Origin: an uncultured delta proteobacterium
Lineage (GTDB): Bacteria > Myxococcota_A > Polyangia > Haliangiales > Haliangiaceae
Direction: 5' to 3'
DNA length: 64,000 nt
Assembly (NCBI GenBank): GCA_963848295.1
Contig: CAWKDB010000002.1
Location: 864,001-928,000, forward strand
Positions within the stretch are counted from its first letter, which is position 1, and every line of letters starts with the position of its first letter. The position numbers and the translations under genes are program-made. Positions 1-11,724 of this stretch are shown here, piece by piece. The notes under the pieces are model-generated. The model did no database searches, had not been told where the DNA came from, and saw only the letters and a list, made by a program, of their open reading frames with translations.

Positions 1-303
1 GCGGGGCGTGTCATCAACATCGCCTCGATCGCGGGACGGCAAGGCACTGCACTCCTCGCCGCATATTGTGCGGCGAAGCACGGGGTCATCGGCCTCACCC
101 GCGCGCTTGCCGAGGAGCTGCGCGCTGCTAAGGTCTCGGTGAATGCGATCTGCCCGGGAAGCGTCGATACTCAGATGCTCCGCGAGGGCATGCCCGGCGC
201 GAGGCCGGACATGACGCCCGATGATATCGCCCGTACGGTGGTGTTCTTGGCGATCGACGCGCCGGTCGCCCTCACCGGCACTTGCATCGACGTCTTCGGT
301 TAA
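1..303 (+). CDS. SDR family oxidoreductase, C-terminal part (truncated by window start)
   Basis: Frame 1 reads GRVINIASIAG...AYCAAKHGVIGLTRALAEEL...VNAICPGSVDT, with the SDR YxxxK motif; TAA at 301-303. Confidence 0.9.
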   Translation, partial: AGRVINIASIAGRQGTALLAAYCAAKHGVIGLTRALAEELRAAKVSVNAICPGSVDTQMLREGMPGARPDMTPDDIARTVVFLAIDAPVALTGTCIDVFG

Positions 304-324
304 GCTGGAGGCAGCAAGCACATC

Positions 325-993
325 ATGCCAGACCTGCTTGCTCCCCCCGATCCCGACGCGCTCTCGGCCCTGCCGATCTTCCCGCTGCCGAATTGCGTGC
401 TGCTCCCCGGCGGGATGATGCCGCTCCACGTGTTCGAGCCTCGCTACCGCGAGCTGACGCGCGACTGCCTCGCCGGTCACCACCTCATGGCGGTCGCGAG
501 GCTGCGGCCCGGCTACGAGACCAGCTACTACGGCCGGCCGCCGGTCTACGACACGTGCGGCGTCGGTCGGATCATCTGCTCGGAGGAGCTCCCCGATGGC
601 CGGTTCGCGCTGCTGCTGCGCGGTGTCGCCCGCGCCGAGATCGCGCGCGAGCTGTCGGTCGAGCGGTCGTATCGCATGGTCGAGGCGCGCGTGCTGGCCG
701 ACTCGTGCAAGGACGAGCAAGAGGCCTTCGAGAATCAGAAGCGGCTGATCGCGCTCTGCGATCGGCTCGCCGAGGTGATCGATCAGGGCGGGCCTCAGCT
801 CCGCGACCTCGTACGCGCGTTCCAGACGCCGGGTGCGTGCGCCGATGCGATCGCCGCGGCGCTCGTCATGGACGTCGACGCGCGCCAGGAGCTGCTCGAG
901 GCGTGCAACCCGGTCGTCCGGCTCGAGCGCACGCTCGCGCACGTCAGCCACATGCTGTGCGAGCTCGCGCCGTGCTCCGACGTCGTCAATTGA
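325..993 (+). CDS. LON peptidase substrate-binding domain protein
   Basis: LPIFPLPNCVLLPGGMMPLHVFEPRYREL is the LON N-domain signature; GGAGG upstream. Confidence 0.88.
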   Translation: MPDLLAPPDPDALSALPIFPLPNCVLLPGGMMPLHVFEPRYRELTRDCLAGHHLMAVARLRPGYETSYYGRPPVYDTCGVGRIICSEELPDGRFALLLRGVARAEIARELSVERSYRMVEARVLADSCKDEQEAFENQKRLIALCDRLAEVIDQGGPQLRDLVRAFQTPGACADAIAAALVMDVDARQELLEACNPVVRLERTLAHVSHMLCELAPCSDVVN

Positions 994-1024
994 CCGGGCG
1001 ACTCGGTCGCTCCGACATCCCGAC

Positions 1025-1528
1025 TCAGGGATCGCCGCGCCGCACGATCTCGACGCGATCGAGCACGACGTCGCCGCAGCACGAGAGGCCGCCGTCGACG
1101 TAGATCGAAAGTACGAGCGGCTCGACGCGAGCAACATCGATCGCAACGGTCGCGTGCTGGTTCGCGAACTGCGCTCGGGATGTCTGCGGGACCGGATCGT
1201 CCGGACGGCCGACGAGCACGACCATCCCATCGGTGCACTCGGTCGGTCGGTGATGCACCGTGATCGTCCACAGCCCGGGTCGATCGATCTCGACGAGCCG
1301 GTGCCTCGCGCCCCCCGCGGCGGTGCAGCAATAGCGGGTCGCGATCCCCTCCGGCTCGAGCGTCGAATCGTTGACGAGCTCCCACAGTGGCGCGACGAGC
1401 GGGATCGCGACTGCGCGTGGCGCCGGCGCTGGCGGCGGCGGTGGCGGTGGCGCGCAGCGCACGGGCTCGGGGTCGCGAGCTGAGCTGCATGCTGTGACGA
1501 GACCGATCACGAGAGCGATGACGCGCAT
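1025..1528 (-). CDS. Hypothetical lipoprotein
   Basis: Signal peptide with lipobox VTAC, then poly-Pro linker. Confidence 0.6.
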   Translation of the reverse strand: MRVIALVIGLVTACSSARDPEPVRCAPPPPPPPAPAPRAVAIPLVAPLWELVNDSTLEPEGIATRYCCTAAGGARHRLVEIDRPGLWTITVHHRPTECTDGMVVLVGRPDDPVPQTSRAQFANQHATVAIDVARVEPLVLSIYVDGGLSCCGDVVLDRVEIVRRGDP

Positions 1529-1597
1529 GCGAGCGAGACAGGCGCGCGATCGCCGGGTTGCGTCACGTAGTTGTCATCGCGACCGCGCGACGATCAA

Positions 1598-2682
<1,085 letters not shown>

Positions 2683-2686
<4 letters not shown>

Positions 2687-3294
2687 TTCAGGTGTCCTAG
2701 CTTCTGGCGCTTGGCCTCGAGGTATTCCGCGTTCTCCGCCGTGGCGCCGACCCAGTGCGGCACGACCGCAGCGACTGTCATGCCGGCGCGCTCGAGCCCG
2801 GTCCGCTTGTCCGGGTTGTTCGTCATCAGCCGCACCGAGGTGGTGCCGACGTCGCGCAGGATCGCGGCGGCGATCTCGTAGGATCGCAGATCGGCGTCGT
2901 AGCCGAGCTGGAGGTTCGCATCGACCGTATCGGCGCCACGGTCCTGCAGGTCGTACGCGCGGATCTTGTCGCCGAGCCCGATGCCGCGCCCCTCTTGGAC
3001 CATGTAGACGACCACGCCTCGACCTTCGCGGCCGATCCGCTGCAGCGCGAGATCGAGCTGGGCGCGGCAGTCGCAGCGCAGGCTGCCGAGCACCTCCCCG
3101 GTGAAGCACGACGAATGGACGCGCGAGAGCACCGCAGCCCCGCGCGGATCGCCCAGCACCAGCGCGACGTGCTCTTCGTGCGCGATGCCGATCGCGGTCG
3201 CCCCGGCGCCGCCCGGGTTGCCCGTGCGGTAGACCAGGCAGCGAAACTCGCCGTGGGGGGTCGGCAGCCTGGCCTCGGAGTACCTCGTAACCAT
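2683..3294 (-). CDS. ribA: GTP cyclohydrolase II
   Basis: RVHSSCFTGEVLGSLRCDCRAQL, QEGRGIGL, LMTNNPDK. Confidence 0.95.
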
Positions 3295-3327
3295 GGGACT
3301 GCGCGTGTATGGCGCCGTCGACGAGGC

Positions 3328-3356
3328 TTGTCAATCGGCGGCCCGGCACCTATGTT
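3328..3356 (+). promoter_or_regulatory. Putative sigma70-type promoter of def; its -35 also reads TTGACA on the minus strand towards ribA
   Basis: TTGTCA(3328-3333)-N17-TATGTT(3351-3356), 9 nt before the def ATG. Confidence 0.55.
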
Positions 3357-3365
3357 GGGAGGGTC

Positions 3366-3899
3366 ATGGCGGTACGTCCGGTCGTCGTTTGGCCCGATCC
3401 TCGGTTGCGCGAGACCTCCGTCGCGGTCAAAGACTTCGACGCGTCGCTGCGCGAGCTGTACCGCGACATGTGTGACTCGATGTACGCCGAGAACGGGCTG
3501 GGCATCGCGGCGCTCCAGCTCGGCGATCCGCGGCGGATGTTCATCGTCGAGCCCAAGCTCGCCGGTCGCGGCGAGGCGGATCCGCCGGTCGCGTTCATCA
3601 ACCCGGAGATCCTGTGGACGTCCGACGAGCAGCAGGACAGCGAAGAGGGCTGCCTGTCGTTCCCGGAGATCTACATCAAGGTCAAGCGGCCGATGCAGGT
3701 CGTGGTGCGCGCGGCCGGGCTCGACGGCAAGATGTTCGAGATGGGCGGCGAGGCGCTGCTCGCACGCTGCATCCTGCACGAGCTCGATCACCTGACCGGC
3801 AAGCTGCTGGTGGACTTCGTCGGGCCGCTCAAGCGGCAGATGATCAAGAAGAAGTTACAACGCCAAAAAGACGCGGAGTCCGACGAAGCCGAAGTGTAA
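3366..3899 (+). CDS. def: Peptide deformylase
   Basis: GLGIAALQLG, EGCLS, HELDHL motifs; start chosen at MAVRPVVVWPDPRLR. Confidence 0.95.
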   Translation: MAVRPVVVWPDPRLRETSVAVKDFDASLRELYRDMCDSMYAENGLGIAALQLGDPRRMFIVEPKLAGRGEADPPVAFINPEILWTSDEQQDSEEGCLSFPEIYIKVKRPMQVVVRAAGLDGKMFEMGGEALLARCILHELDHLTGKLLVDFVGPLKRQMIKKKLQRQKDAESDEAEV

Positions 3900-4010
3900 G
3901 GACCCGCGGCGGCGCTGTCGCATCGCCTTGCAGGGCGGCGGCCGGCGAACGCGCAAGCTTGCAGGATCGCGTGAGGGCTTGCTGGCCTCCGATTTGCTCG
4001 TATCCGGGCC

Positions 4011-4265
4011 ATGACGAAGGGATGGCTGTCGACCTTGTCGCCCTGGGACGCGACGTGGATCGCGTGTGAATGGGCTTTATCGGACCTGAGCTGGCACCGC
4101 GAGGCGATCGCGCGCGAGCTCGCGATGACCGATCTGCCGCTGGTCGGCGCGGTCTCGGTGCTCGAGCACCTGATCGCCGACAGCGATCCGAACGTTCACG
4201 CCGCGGCGGTCCAGGCGGCGGAGATTCGCTTCGGTTGCTCGCTCACCGACTGTCACTCGCTGTAG
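4011..4265 (+). CDS. Small hypothetical protein (HEAT-like segment)
   Basis: 84 aa ORF filling the def-folB gap; LEHLIADSDPNVHAAAVQA. Confidence 0.5.
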   Translation: MTKGWLSTLSPWDATWIACEWALSDLSWHREAIARELAMTDLPLVGAVSVLEHLIADSDPNVHAAAVQAAEIRFGCSLTDCHSL

Positions 4266-4274
4266 CCTGCGCGA

Positions 4275-4640
4275 ATGACCGACTGCGTGTTCGTGCGCGG
4301 CCTCGAGTTCGAAGGCAACCACGGCTACTCCGCGGCCGAGCGCCGCGGCACTCGGCGGTTTCGCGTCGACCTTCGGCTCGAGCTGCCGCTCGGGGCCGCC
4401 GCAGCCTCGGATCGGATCGCCGACACCGTCGACTACTGGAAGGTCAGCGAGATCGTGATCGCGCTCGGCACGAAGTCGACCTACAAGCTGCTCGAGGCGC
4501 TCGCCGGTGCGATCGCGGCGCAGATCCAAGAGCTCTACCCGCGCGCGGCGGTCGCGATCGAGCTCGAGAAGCTAGCGCCGCCCTGCCCCGGCGTTCCTGC
4601 CGCGTGCGGCGTGAAGTTGCACCTGCCGGCGCGGGACTGA
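4275..4640 (+). CDS. folB: Dihydroneopterin aldolase
   Basis: GLEFEGNHGYSAAERR...FRVDL...SDRIADTVDY...LLEALA...EK. Confidence 0.92.
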   Translation: MTDCVFVRGLEFEGNHGYSAAERRGTRRFRVDLRLELPLGAAAASDRIADTVDYWKVSEIVIALGTKSTYKLLEALAGAIAAQIQELYPRAAVAIELEKLAPPCPGVPAACGVKLHLPARD

Positions 4641-4749
4641 CGCGCGCCTGCGACGATGACGCGTGCGCGGTCAAGCACTATCTGGCCGCGCGACGAACCA
4701 TGTGACTATTCGGCTTTACCTCGCCTCGCGATCGTACTAAGCCCCGAGC

Positions 4750-5589
4750 ATGCTCGAGCGCGACCCCAAGACCTTGGCCCGACTGCAAGCAGTCGTGACC
4801 GCGCTGATCGAGCACCGGGTGTCGACCTCGCTCGTCGATGTCGAGCGCGCCCTCGCGAGCTGGCGCAGCGGCAACCACAGCGCGCTGGCCGCCCACGGCG
4901 CGGTGTTGCGCCATGCGGCGCGCTGCGAGCGCACGGTCGAGCGGGTGACCGCGGCGGCCGGAGATCGCCCCGAGGGCATCCTGCGCGACGCGGTCGACGC
5001 CGGGTTGATGCCGGCCGACGAGTTCGTCCACCTCGTCGGCAAGCCGCCCGAAGACGTCGCGTCGATCGATGCGCTGCAAGACGAAGATGACGCGAGCGCG
5101 CCCGACAAGCGCAAGACGCTCGAAGCCCTGCTCGAACGCGGCGCCGTGCTCGTCCATGTCGACGCCCGCCGCGCCGATGTCCAGGTGCCGCCGCGGTTCC
5201 GCGCCGACCCGAGCCTGGTGTTGCGATTCGGCTATAACCTGACTCCCAAACTGTACGATCTCGAGGTCGACGAGCTCGGGATCAGCGCGACCCTCGTGTT
5301 CGCCGGCGCGCCGTTCCGCTGCACGCTGCCGTGGGCCGCGGTCTACGCAGCGATGGTCGAGGGCGAGCAACGCGGCACGGTGTGGCCGGAGGACGTGCCC
5401 GAGGACGTGCTCACCGGCGGCAGCGAAGCCGCTGCGGCCGTAACCGCGACCCCGACGTCGGGTGCCCCATCGCCGGCCGGCGACGGCACGACGGCGCCCC
5501 TCGGCGCCGCCGACCGCGAGCGAGCTGCCGTCGTCGAAGAAGCGTCGCCGCGAGCGAAGCGGACGAGCCACTTGAAGCTCGTCGAATAA
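4750..5589 (+). CDS. sspB: SspB-like ClpXP adaptor with extra N-terminal domain
   Basis: VLVHVDARRADVQVP..LVLRFG..LEVDELGISATLVF..CTLPWAAVYA; C-terminal HLKLVE resembles a ClpX-binding tail. Confidence 0.75.
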   Translation: MLERDPKTLARLQAVVTALIEHRVSTSLVDVERALASWRSGNHSALAAHGAVLRHAARCERTVERVTAAAGDRPEGILRDAVDAGLMPADEFVHLVGKPPEDVASIDALQDEDDASAPDKRKTLEALLERGAVLVHVDARRADVQVPPRFRADPSLVLRFGYNLTPKLYDLEVDELGISATLVFAGAPFRCTLPWAAVYAAMVEGEQRGTVWPEDVPEDVLTGGSEAAAAVTATPTSGAPSPAGDGTTAPLGAADRERAAVVEEASPRAKRTSHLKLVE

Positions 5590-5591
5590 CG

Positions 5592-6299
5592 ATGCGCGCA
5601 GCGCTGATCGTCGCGCTCGCTGCGTGCGGCTCGGCGCCGCCGCCGGTGACCGTGCCCGTCTCGCACGTCGACGTGGTGCCGCGCACGACGCCGGCGCCGA
5701 CCGTCAAATGGGCAGGCGACAAGCTCGCCGCGCCGGGGCTGCCTGCGGCCGCCAGCCACGGTGAGATCGCGGTGATTCCGATGTCCGACCTCGACGGCGG
5801 GCGCGGCTGGCCGAACCTCCACATCGAGGTTCGCGACCGCGCCGACAAGCTGATCCAGACGATCCCCGTGATGACGCCGAACGAGTACGAGACGTTCGTC
5901 GTCGGCGGCAAGCCGACCGCCAAGCTCGACGAGCGCATCGCCGCCGCGAATCGCGAGCTCGCGAAGCTGCACGGCGTGCACGACTTGGTGACGCTCCACG
6001 CGCTCGAGCTCGGAGGCTCCGACGACGCGATCGCCTCGGGCGACGGCCTCGACGTCGAGTTTCGCGGCAACCGCATCCGCCTGTTTCACCGTCCGCAGCA
6101 GCGACCGTTCGACGTGCGCAGCGCGCAGTCGTGGCTCATCCCCGAGACCACCGACCGCGGTCGGATCTGCGACTACCCGGCGTCGCTCGCCGGCGTGTTT
6201 CACGCCTCCGAGATCCCGCTGGTCGTCGTCGAGATCGAATATCGCAGCTCCGACACGTGCCGCGACCCCTCGCCGTCGTTTCACGTCGTGGCGTATTAG
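5592..6299 (+). CDS. Hypothetical lipoprotein
   Basis: MRAALIVALAAC lipobox; starts 2 nt after the sspB stop. Confidence 0.7.
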   Translation: MRAALIVALAACGSAPPPVTVPVSHVDVVPRTTPAPTVKWAGDKLAAPGLPAAASHGEIAVIPMSDLDGGRGWPNLHIEVRDRADKLIQTIPVMTPNEYETFVVGGKPTAKLDERIAAANRELAKLHGVHDLVTLHALELGGSDDAIASGDGLDVEFRGNRIRLFHRPQQRPFDVRSAQSWLIPETTDRGRICDYPASLAGVFHASEIPLVVVEIEYRSSDTCRDPSPSFHVVAY

Positions 6300-6658
6300 C
6301 CGGCTTTGCGAGCGTCGGGGTTCTCGTCGAGCCACGCGCGCAGCGATTCTTCGGTGATCTCGACGACGAGGTCTTCGGCGCCGCAACGCGCTTGGCACGC
6401 GAGCCGCGACTCGGGACGGACATCGAACGCCTTGTCCATGATGTCGTTCTCTTTGTCGGTGACTTCGGGCAGCGTGTCGAGGCCCCGGTCGACCCAGACG
6501 TGGCACGTCGAGCACGCGAGGTTGCCACCGCACGCATGACCGACGCGCACGCCGTGGTGCTCGGCGGCGTCGAGGATCGAGTCGCCTTGCTTGCACTCGA
6601 CGGTGACCGGCCCGAGGGACTTGGGACCGTGCGGATTCTTGAACGTGATCTTCGGCAT
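6296..6658 (-). CDS. fdx: ISC-type 2Fe-2S ferredoxin
   Basis: HACGGNLACSTCHV...SRLACQ; last gene of the isc operon. Confidence 0.93.
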   Translation of the reverse strand: MPKITFKNPHGPKSLGPVTVECKQGDSILDAAEHHGVRVGHACGGNLACSTCHVWVDRGLDTLPEVTDKENDIMDKAFDVRPESRLACQARCGAEDLVVEITEESLRAWLDENPDARKAG

Positions 6659-8496
6659 CAGCGCAGCTGTCCCTCGACTTCGTCGAGCGTCTTGCCGCGG
6701 AACTGCGCGTCGACCGCGCGATTCATCCGCAGCTGGGCGAACGGCTTGGTCGCGAGGTCGAGCGCCTCGATCGCGCTGCGAATCGCGAGGTGATCGTCGC
6801 CCGCCGCGGCGGTCTCGAGCGCGGTCATCGCGGCGGTGCCGGCGGCGCGCACGTCGTCGGCGAGCAGCGCCGCATCGGTCGCGAACGCGGCGCGCGTGGC
6901 CGCCAGGATCCGCTGGGCCTCGACGCGCTCGACCGCGAGGTTGCGCAACGCGAGGTCGGTCTCGGCGTGATCGAACGACTCGAGCAGCATGCGCTCGACC
7001 TCTTCATCCGACAGGCCGTAGCTCGGCTTGACCTCGATCGTCGACTCGGCGCCGGTGGTCAGCTCCTTCGCGGTGACCTTGAGCAGGCCGTCGGCATCGA
7101 CGAGGAACGTGATCTCGACGCGGCCCATCCCGGCGATCATCGGCGGCACGCCGCGCAGCACGAACCGCGCGAGCGAACGGCACGCATCGGCGGTCTCGCG
7201 CTCGCCTTGCACCACGTGGATGTCGAAGCCGGTCTGATTGTCGGCGTAGGTCGTGAACGTCTCGGTCGCGCCGCACGGGATCGTCGTGTTGCGATGGATC
7301 AGCTTCTCGACGACGCCGCCCATCATCTCGAGCCCGAGCGACAGCGGGATGACGTCGAGCAGCGTCACGTCGTGCACGCCGCCGGCGAGCATGTCGGCTT
7401 GAACCGCGGCGCCGAGGGCGACGACCTGATCCGGATCGAGGTCGCACAGCGGCTGCTTGCCGAACAGCTCGGCGACGAACTCGCGAACCACCGGCGAGCG
7501 AGTCGAGCCACCGACGAGGATCACGCCGTCGAGCTGGTCGCGGGTCAGGTCGGCGTCCTTGAGCGCGCGACGACACGCCTTCGCGCAGCGATCGAGCAAC
7601 GGCTGGGCGAGCGTGCGCAGGTCGTCCCGGGTGAGCTCGCGCCGCACGGTGCCGAGCGCGAACGTCGCGCGCTCGGTCGCGGTCAGCGCCTCCTTGACCC
7701 GACGCGCTTCGCCGACCGCCGCGGCGATCTGCTTGCGATCCCGGTCGCCGAGCTCGCCGACCATCGCGCTCGCGATCGCGCGATCGAGGTCGTCGCCGCC
7801 GAGCGCGGAGTCGCCGCCGGTCGCACGCACCTCGAACACGCCGTCGACCAGCTTGAGGATCGAGACATCGAACGTGCCGCCGCCGAGATCGAACACCGCG
7901 TACACGCCCTGGCTGCCTCGGTCGAGCCCGTACGCGACCGCCGCGGCGGTGGGCTCGGCCATCAGGCGCATCACCTCGAGGCCGGCGAGCCGGCCGGCGT
8001 CGCGGGTCGCCTGGCGCTGCGCGTCGTCGAAGTAGGCCGGCACCGTGATGACCGCGCCCTCGATCGGGCCGCCGACCGCCGCCTCGCCGCGCGCCTTGAG
8101 CTCGCGCAGGATCTCGGCCGAGACCTCGACCGGCGAGACCGCACGGCCACCGGTGACGATGCGGACCGCGCGATCGTCGCCTTCGAGCTCGTACGGCAAC
8201 AGCGCGCGAACCGCCGCGAGGTCGCCGAGCCCCCGCCCGATCAGTCGCTTGACCGAGGCGAGCGTATCGCGTGGCTCGTCGAGCGCGTGCGCTTGCGCCG
8301 CGCGGCCGACCGCGACGCCGGAAGCCCCGTAGTAGACGACCGACGGCACGAGCGGGTCATCACCGATCACGCGCGGGCTGCCGTCTTCGACCTGCGCGAC
8401 CAGGCTGTTCGTCGTCCCGAGATCGATGCCGACCACGCGCGGCTTGCACGCCTCCTTCGCGAGGGCCTGGCCGGGCTCGGCGATCTGCATCAACAT
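6658..8496 (-). CDS. hscA: Fe-S assembly chaperone HscA (Hsp70)
   Basis: MLMQIAEPG, GIDLGTTNS, DLGGGTFDVS, LSLGLEMMGG; located in isc operon. Confidence 0.93.
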   Translation of the reverse strand: MLMQIAEPGQALAKEACKPRVVGIDLGTTNSLVAQVEDGSPRVIGDDPLVPSVVYYGASGVAVGRAAQAHALDEPRDTLASVKRLIGRGLGDLAAVRALLPYELEGDDRAVRIVTGGRAVSPVEVSAEILRELKARGEAAVGGPIEGAVITVPAYFDDAQRQATRDAGRLAGLEVMRLMAEPTAAAVAYGLDRGSQGVYAVFDLGGGTFDVSILKLVDGVFEVRATGGDSALGGDDLDRAIASAMVGELGDRDRKQIAAAVGEARRVKEALTATERATFALGTVRRELTRDDLRTLAQPLLDRCAKACRRALKDADLTRDQLDGVILVGGSTRSPVVREFVAELFGKQPLCDLDPDQVVALGAAVQADMLAGGVHDVTLLDVIPLSLGLEMMGGVVEKLIHRNTTIPCGATETFTTYADNQTGFDIHVVQGERETADACRSLARFVLRGVPPMIAGMGRVEITFLVDADGLLKVTAKELTTGAESTIEVKPSYGLSDEEVERMLLESFDHAETDLALRNLAVERVEAQRILAATRAAFATDAALLADDVRAAGTAAMTALETAAAGDDHLAIRSAIEALDLATKPFAQLRMNRAVDAQFRGKTLDEVEGQLR

Positions 8497-8504
8497 CGCA
8501 GCAC

Positions 8505-9023
8505 CTAGTCCTCGTCGAGTGCGGCGTCGCACTCCTCGAGGTAGCGCATGATGTAGCGCAGCGTGACGACGACGCGCTTGACGTCGGCGAGCGAGCCGGT
8601 CGCGAACAGCGGCACGAGCTCGGCGAGCCGGGCATCCCGCTGCGCGGTCATCGCGACGTGCAAACGTTCGAGCGTCGGCCGATCGCCGGCGACCTTGGCC
8701 TCGGCGAGCTCTTCGCGCAGCTCGAGCACGCGCATCAGGAACTCGGGCTCGAGCCGCTCGTTATCGCCGATCGCGACGCCGTTGCGAGCCAGGAGATATT
8801 CGGCGCGCGCCATCGGCTTCTTAAGCGTCTGGTACGCGTCGTTGAGCGCGCGCGACTTCGACAGCGCCGCGACGCGTTCGGCAGCGGCAGCGGTCGCGAA
8901 CTTGTCGACGTGCAGCTCTTTGCTGCGCTCGAAGAACGCGCGCTCGATCACGGCCGGATCGAGGTCGTACTGCGCGGGCAAACCGAGCAGACTGAAAGCG
9001 TCAGAATTGGACGCTCTCTCCAC
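8505..9023 (-). CDS. hscB: Co-chaperone HscB
   Basis: J-domain-like ELHVDKF (variant HPD), [32 protein letters not shown]. Confidence 0.9.
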   Translation of the reverse strand: MERASNSDAFSLLGLPAQYDLDPAVIERAFFERSKELHVDKFATAAAAERVAALSKSRALNDAYQTLKKPMARAEYLLARNGVAIGDNERLEPEFLMRVLELREELAEAKVAGDRPTLERLHVAMTAQRDARLAELVPLFATGSLADVKRVVVTLRYIMRYLEECDAALDED

Positions 9024-9411
9024 AGCCGCACGCGCCCTTCGCGTTGGGATTATTGAATTTGAAGCCGTGGCCCATCATGCCGCGCACGAAGTCGAGCGTC
9101 ATGCCGCCGAGGTACACGAGGCTCTTCGGATCGACGACGATGCCGACGCCCGAACCGTCCGGTCCGTCGAACTGCTTGTCGGTCGGCTTGATCTCGTCGG
9201 CCCACTCGAACACGTACGTGAACCCGGTGCAGCCACCGCCGCGCACGCCGACTCGAATCCGCGCGTTCGGCGTGCCGCGCTTCGTGCGCTGACGAGCGAT
9301 CTCGTCCGCCGCGTTCTGCGTCACGACGATCTCGCGCTTGTTCGCGGCAGGCGCAGGCGCCGGCGCCGCCGGTTGCTGCTGCTGGTCGCTATGTGCCGCC
9401 ACCGTGCTCAT
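9001..9411 (-). CDS. iscA: A-type Fe-S carrier IscA
   Basis: [34 protein letters not shown] overlaps the iscU stop. Confidence 0.92.
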   Translation of the reverse strand: MSTVAAHSDQQQQPAAPAPAPAANKREIVVTQNAADEIARQRTKRGTPNARIRVGVRGGGCTGFTYVFEWADEIKPTDKQFDGPDGSGVGIVVDPKSLVYLGGMTLDFVRGMMGHGFKFNNPNAKGACGCGESVQF

Positions 9412-9788
9412 GCGTGCTTCTTCTTGTAGTCCTCGATCGCCGCCTTGATCGCGTCTTCGGCGAGGACCGAGCAGTGGATCTTGACCGGCGGGAGGTTGAG
9501 CTCCTCGACGATCTGGGTGTTCTTGATCAGCGCGGCTTGGTCGAGCGTCATGCCCTTGATCATCTCGGTCGCGAGCGAGCTCGACGCGATCGCGGAGCCG
9601 CAACCGAACGTCTTGAACTTCGCGTCGGCGATCCTGCCGTCGATGACCTTGATCTGCAGCCGCATCACGTCGCCGCATGCGGGCGCGCCGACGAGGCCCG
9701 TGCCGACGTCGTCGGCCTCGTCCTTGGCGAAGGTGCCGACGTTGCGCGGGTTCTCGTAGTGCTCGATGACTTTTTCTGAGTACGCCAT
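9408..9788 (-). CDS. iscU: Fe-S scaffold IscU
   Basis: [47 protein letters not shown]. Confidence 0.97.
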   Translation of the reverse strand: MAYSEKVIEHYENPRNVGTFAKDEADDVGTGLVGAPACGDVMRLQIKVIDGRIADAKFKTFGCGSAIASSSLATEMIKGMTLDQAALIKNTQIVEELNLPPVKIHCSVLAEDAIKAAIEDYKKKHA

Positions 9789-9809
9789 GGTGTTCTCGTT
9801 TCTACCGGC

Positions 9810-11084
9810 TCAGTGCGGGGTCCACTGGATCGTGCTGATGTCGATGCCATCTTGGTGCATCTCCCACAGCGGAGATAGCGTGCGCAGCCGCTCGACCGAG
9901 CGCACCACGAGGTCGGTCACGTAATCGATCTCGGCCTCGGTGTTGAACCGGCCGATGCCAAAGCGAATCGACGTGTGCGCGAGCTCTTCGCCGACGCCGA
10001 TCGCGCGCAGCACGTAGCTCGGCTCGAGCGAGGCCGACGTGCACGCCGAGCCGCTCGACACCGCGACGTCCTTGAGCGCCATCAACAGCGACTCGCCTTC
10101 GACGAACGCGAACGAGATGTTGAGGTTGCCCGGCAGCCGGCGGCCGGGCTCCATCGAGCCGTTGACGTAGGTCTCGGTCAACCGGGACTGGATGTTGCGC
10201 AGCAGCCGATCGCGCAGGCCCGACAGCCGGATCGCCTCGTCCGCCATCTCTTCTTTGCACAGCTCGCACGCCTTGCCGAAGCCGACGATCAGCGGCACCG
10301 GGAGCGTGCCCGAACGCATGCCGCGCTCGTGACCGCCTCCGTCGATCATCGGATCGATGCGGACGCGCGGTTTGCGCCGCACCCATAGCGCGCCGACGCC
10401 CTTGGGTCCGTAGATCTTGTGCGCCGATAGCGACACGAGGTCGGCCTTGCAGCGCTCGACATCGAACGGCACCTTGCCGGCGCCCTGGACCGCGTCGATG
10501 TGGAACAGGGTCTTGGGGTTCTTCGCTTTGATCGCGGCGCCGATCGCATCGACGTCTTGGACGACGCCGATCTCGTTGTTCGCGAGCATGATCGACACGA
10601 CGATCGTCTTCGGCGTCATCGCCTCGGTGATCATCTCCGGCGTCACGAGGCCATCTTTGTGCGGCGTGAGGTACGTGACCTCGTAGCCCTCGCGCTGCAG
10701 GCGCTTGCCGGTGTCGAGCACGCTCTTGTGCTCGGTCGCGACCGTGATGATATGGTTGCCCTGCTTCTTCAAGAAGCTCGCCGCGCCCTTGATCGCGAGG
10801 TTGTTCGCCTCGGTCGCGCCCGAGGTCCAGACGATCTCCTTGCCGTCGCCGCCGATCAACGCGGCGACTTGCGTGCGCGCGTGGTCGACCGCCGCTTCTG
10901 CGGCCCAACCGAACGAGTGGTTGCGGCTCGCCGCGTTGCCGAAGTGCTGCGTGAAGTACGGCAGCATCGCCTGCACGACGCGGAGATCGACCGCGGTGGT
11001 CGAGTGGTTATCCATGAAGATCGGCAGCTGGACACCAGCGGGCACCGGGACTTCTTCGGACTTCGTCTTGATCGCAGTCGCCAT
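9810..11084 (-). CDS. iscS: Cysteine desulfurase IscS
   Basis: [28 protein letters not shown]-terminal IQWTPH. Confidence 0.97.
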   Translation of the reverse strand: MATAIKTKSEEVPVPAGVQLPIFMDNHSTTAVDLRVVQAMLPYFTQHFGNAASRNHSFGWAAEAAVDHARTQVAALIGGDGKEIVWTSGATEANNLAIKGAASFLKKQGNHIITVATEHKSVLDTGKRLQREGYEVTYLTPHKDGLVTPEMITEAMTPKTIVVSIMLANNEIGVVQDVDAIGAAIKAKNPKTLFHIDAVQGAGKVPFDVERCKADLVSLSAHKIYGPKGVGALWVRRKPRVRIDPMIDGGGHERGMRSGTLPVPLIVGFGKACELCKEEMADEAIRLSGLRDRLLRNIQSRLTETYVNGSMEPGRRLPGNLNISFAFVEGESLLMALKDVAVSSGSACTSASLEPSYVLRAIGVGEELAHTSIRFGIGRFNTEAEIDYVTDLVVRSVERLRTLSPLWEMHQDGIDISTIQWTPH

Positions 11085-11641
11085 CAGTTGTTTCCTTCGC
11101 GGTAGAGCACGCCGACCGGCACGTCATAGGCTTTCGCCGCGCGGTCAGCGTCGGAACGCTTCGTGATCCCCGCGAACAGCGGCGGGGCTTCGCCTTTATG
11201 ATGACCGTGGTGATCGCACCCGCCACACTCGGTGGGCGCGTACTCGGCCGAGCACGTGTGGCAGCTCTCGAGGTACCTCAGCGCATCGGCGACGTCGGTC
11301 TCGATCGTATGGAGCTGAGCGATCTGTTCGCGCAGCCGAGCCTGCTTTTCGGCGAACAGCGCGCGTACCCGCGACGCGGCTTCCGGTGCCGACTGCGCGT
11401 TGCGAAAATCGGCGACGAAGCCTTGGATCTCGGCGAGCGTGAAGCCGATCGCTTGCAGCTTGACGATCCACTGGATGCGATCGATCGCGTCCTTGCCGTA
11501 CAGCCGGAACCCGCCTTCGGACCGCTCCTGCGGTTCGAGCAAGCCGAGCTCTTCGTACAAGTGCATCGCGCGCACCGTCTTGCCGACGGCCTTTGCGAGG
11601 TCACCTACGCGGAGCAACTTGTGTTTCGGGTCTTCCTGCAT
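11084..11641 (-). CDS. MerR-family transcriptional regulator with C-terminal CxxC-x8-CxxC and His-rich motif
   Basis: [63 protein letters not shown]; stop overlaps the iscS start. Confidence 0.9.
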   Translation of the reverse strand: MQEDPKHKLLRVGDLAKAVGKTVRAMHLYEELGLLEPQERSEGGFRLYGKDAIDRIQWIVKLQAIGFTLAEIQGFVADFRNAQSAPEAASRVRALFAEKQARLREQIAQLHTIETDVADALRYLESCHTCSAEYAPTECGGCDHHGHHKGEAPPLFAGITKRSDADRAAKAYDVPVGVLYREGNN

Positions 11642-11649
11642 GGTCCGCT

Positions 11650-11675
11650 AAACCCTAACGTTAACGTGAGGGTTT
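11650..11675. promoter_or_regulatory. Palindromic operator 1 upstream of the MerR-isc operon
   Basis: AAACCCTAACGTTAACGTGAGGGTTT, a 26-bp palindrome with one mismatched pair, 8 bp before the MerR ATG. Confidence 0.75.
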
Positions 11676-11688
11676 GGCTCGTGAACGG

Positions 11689-11717
11689 ACTATGTAGCCC
11701 GTAGACTCGACTGTCAA
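11689..11717 (-). promoter_or_regulatory. Putative sigma70 promoter of the MerR-isc operon
   Basis: TTGACA(11717-11712)-N17-CATAGT(11694-11689). Confidence 0.65.
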
Positions 11718-11724
11718 CGCTCAA

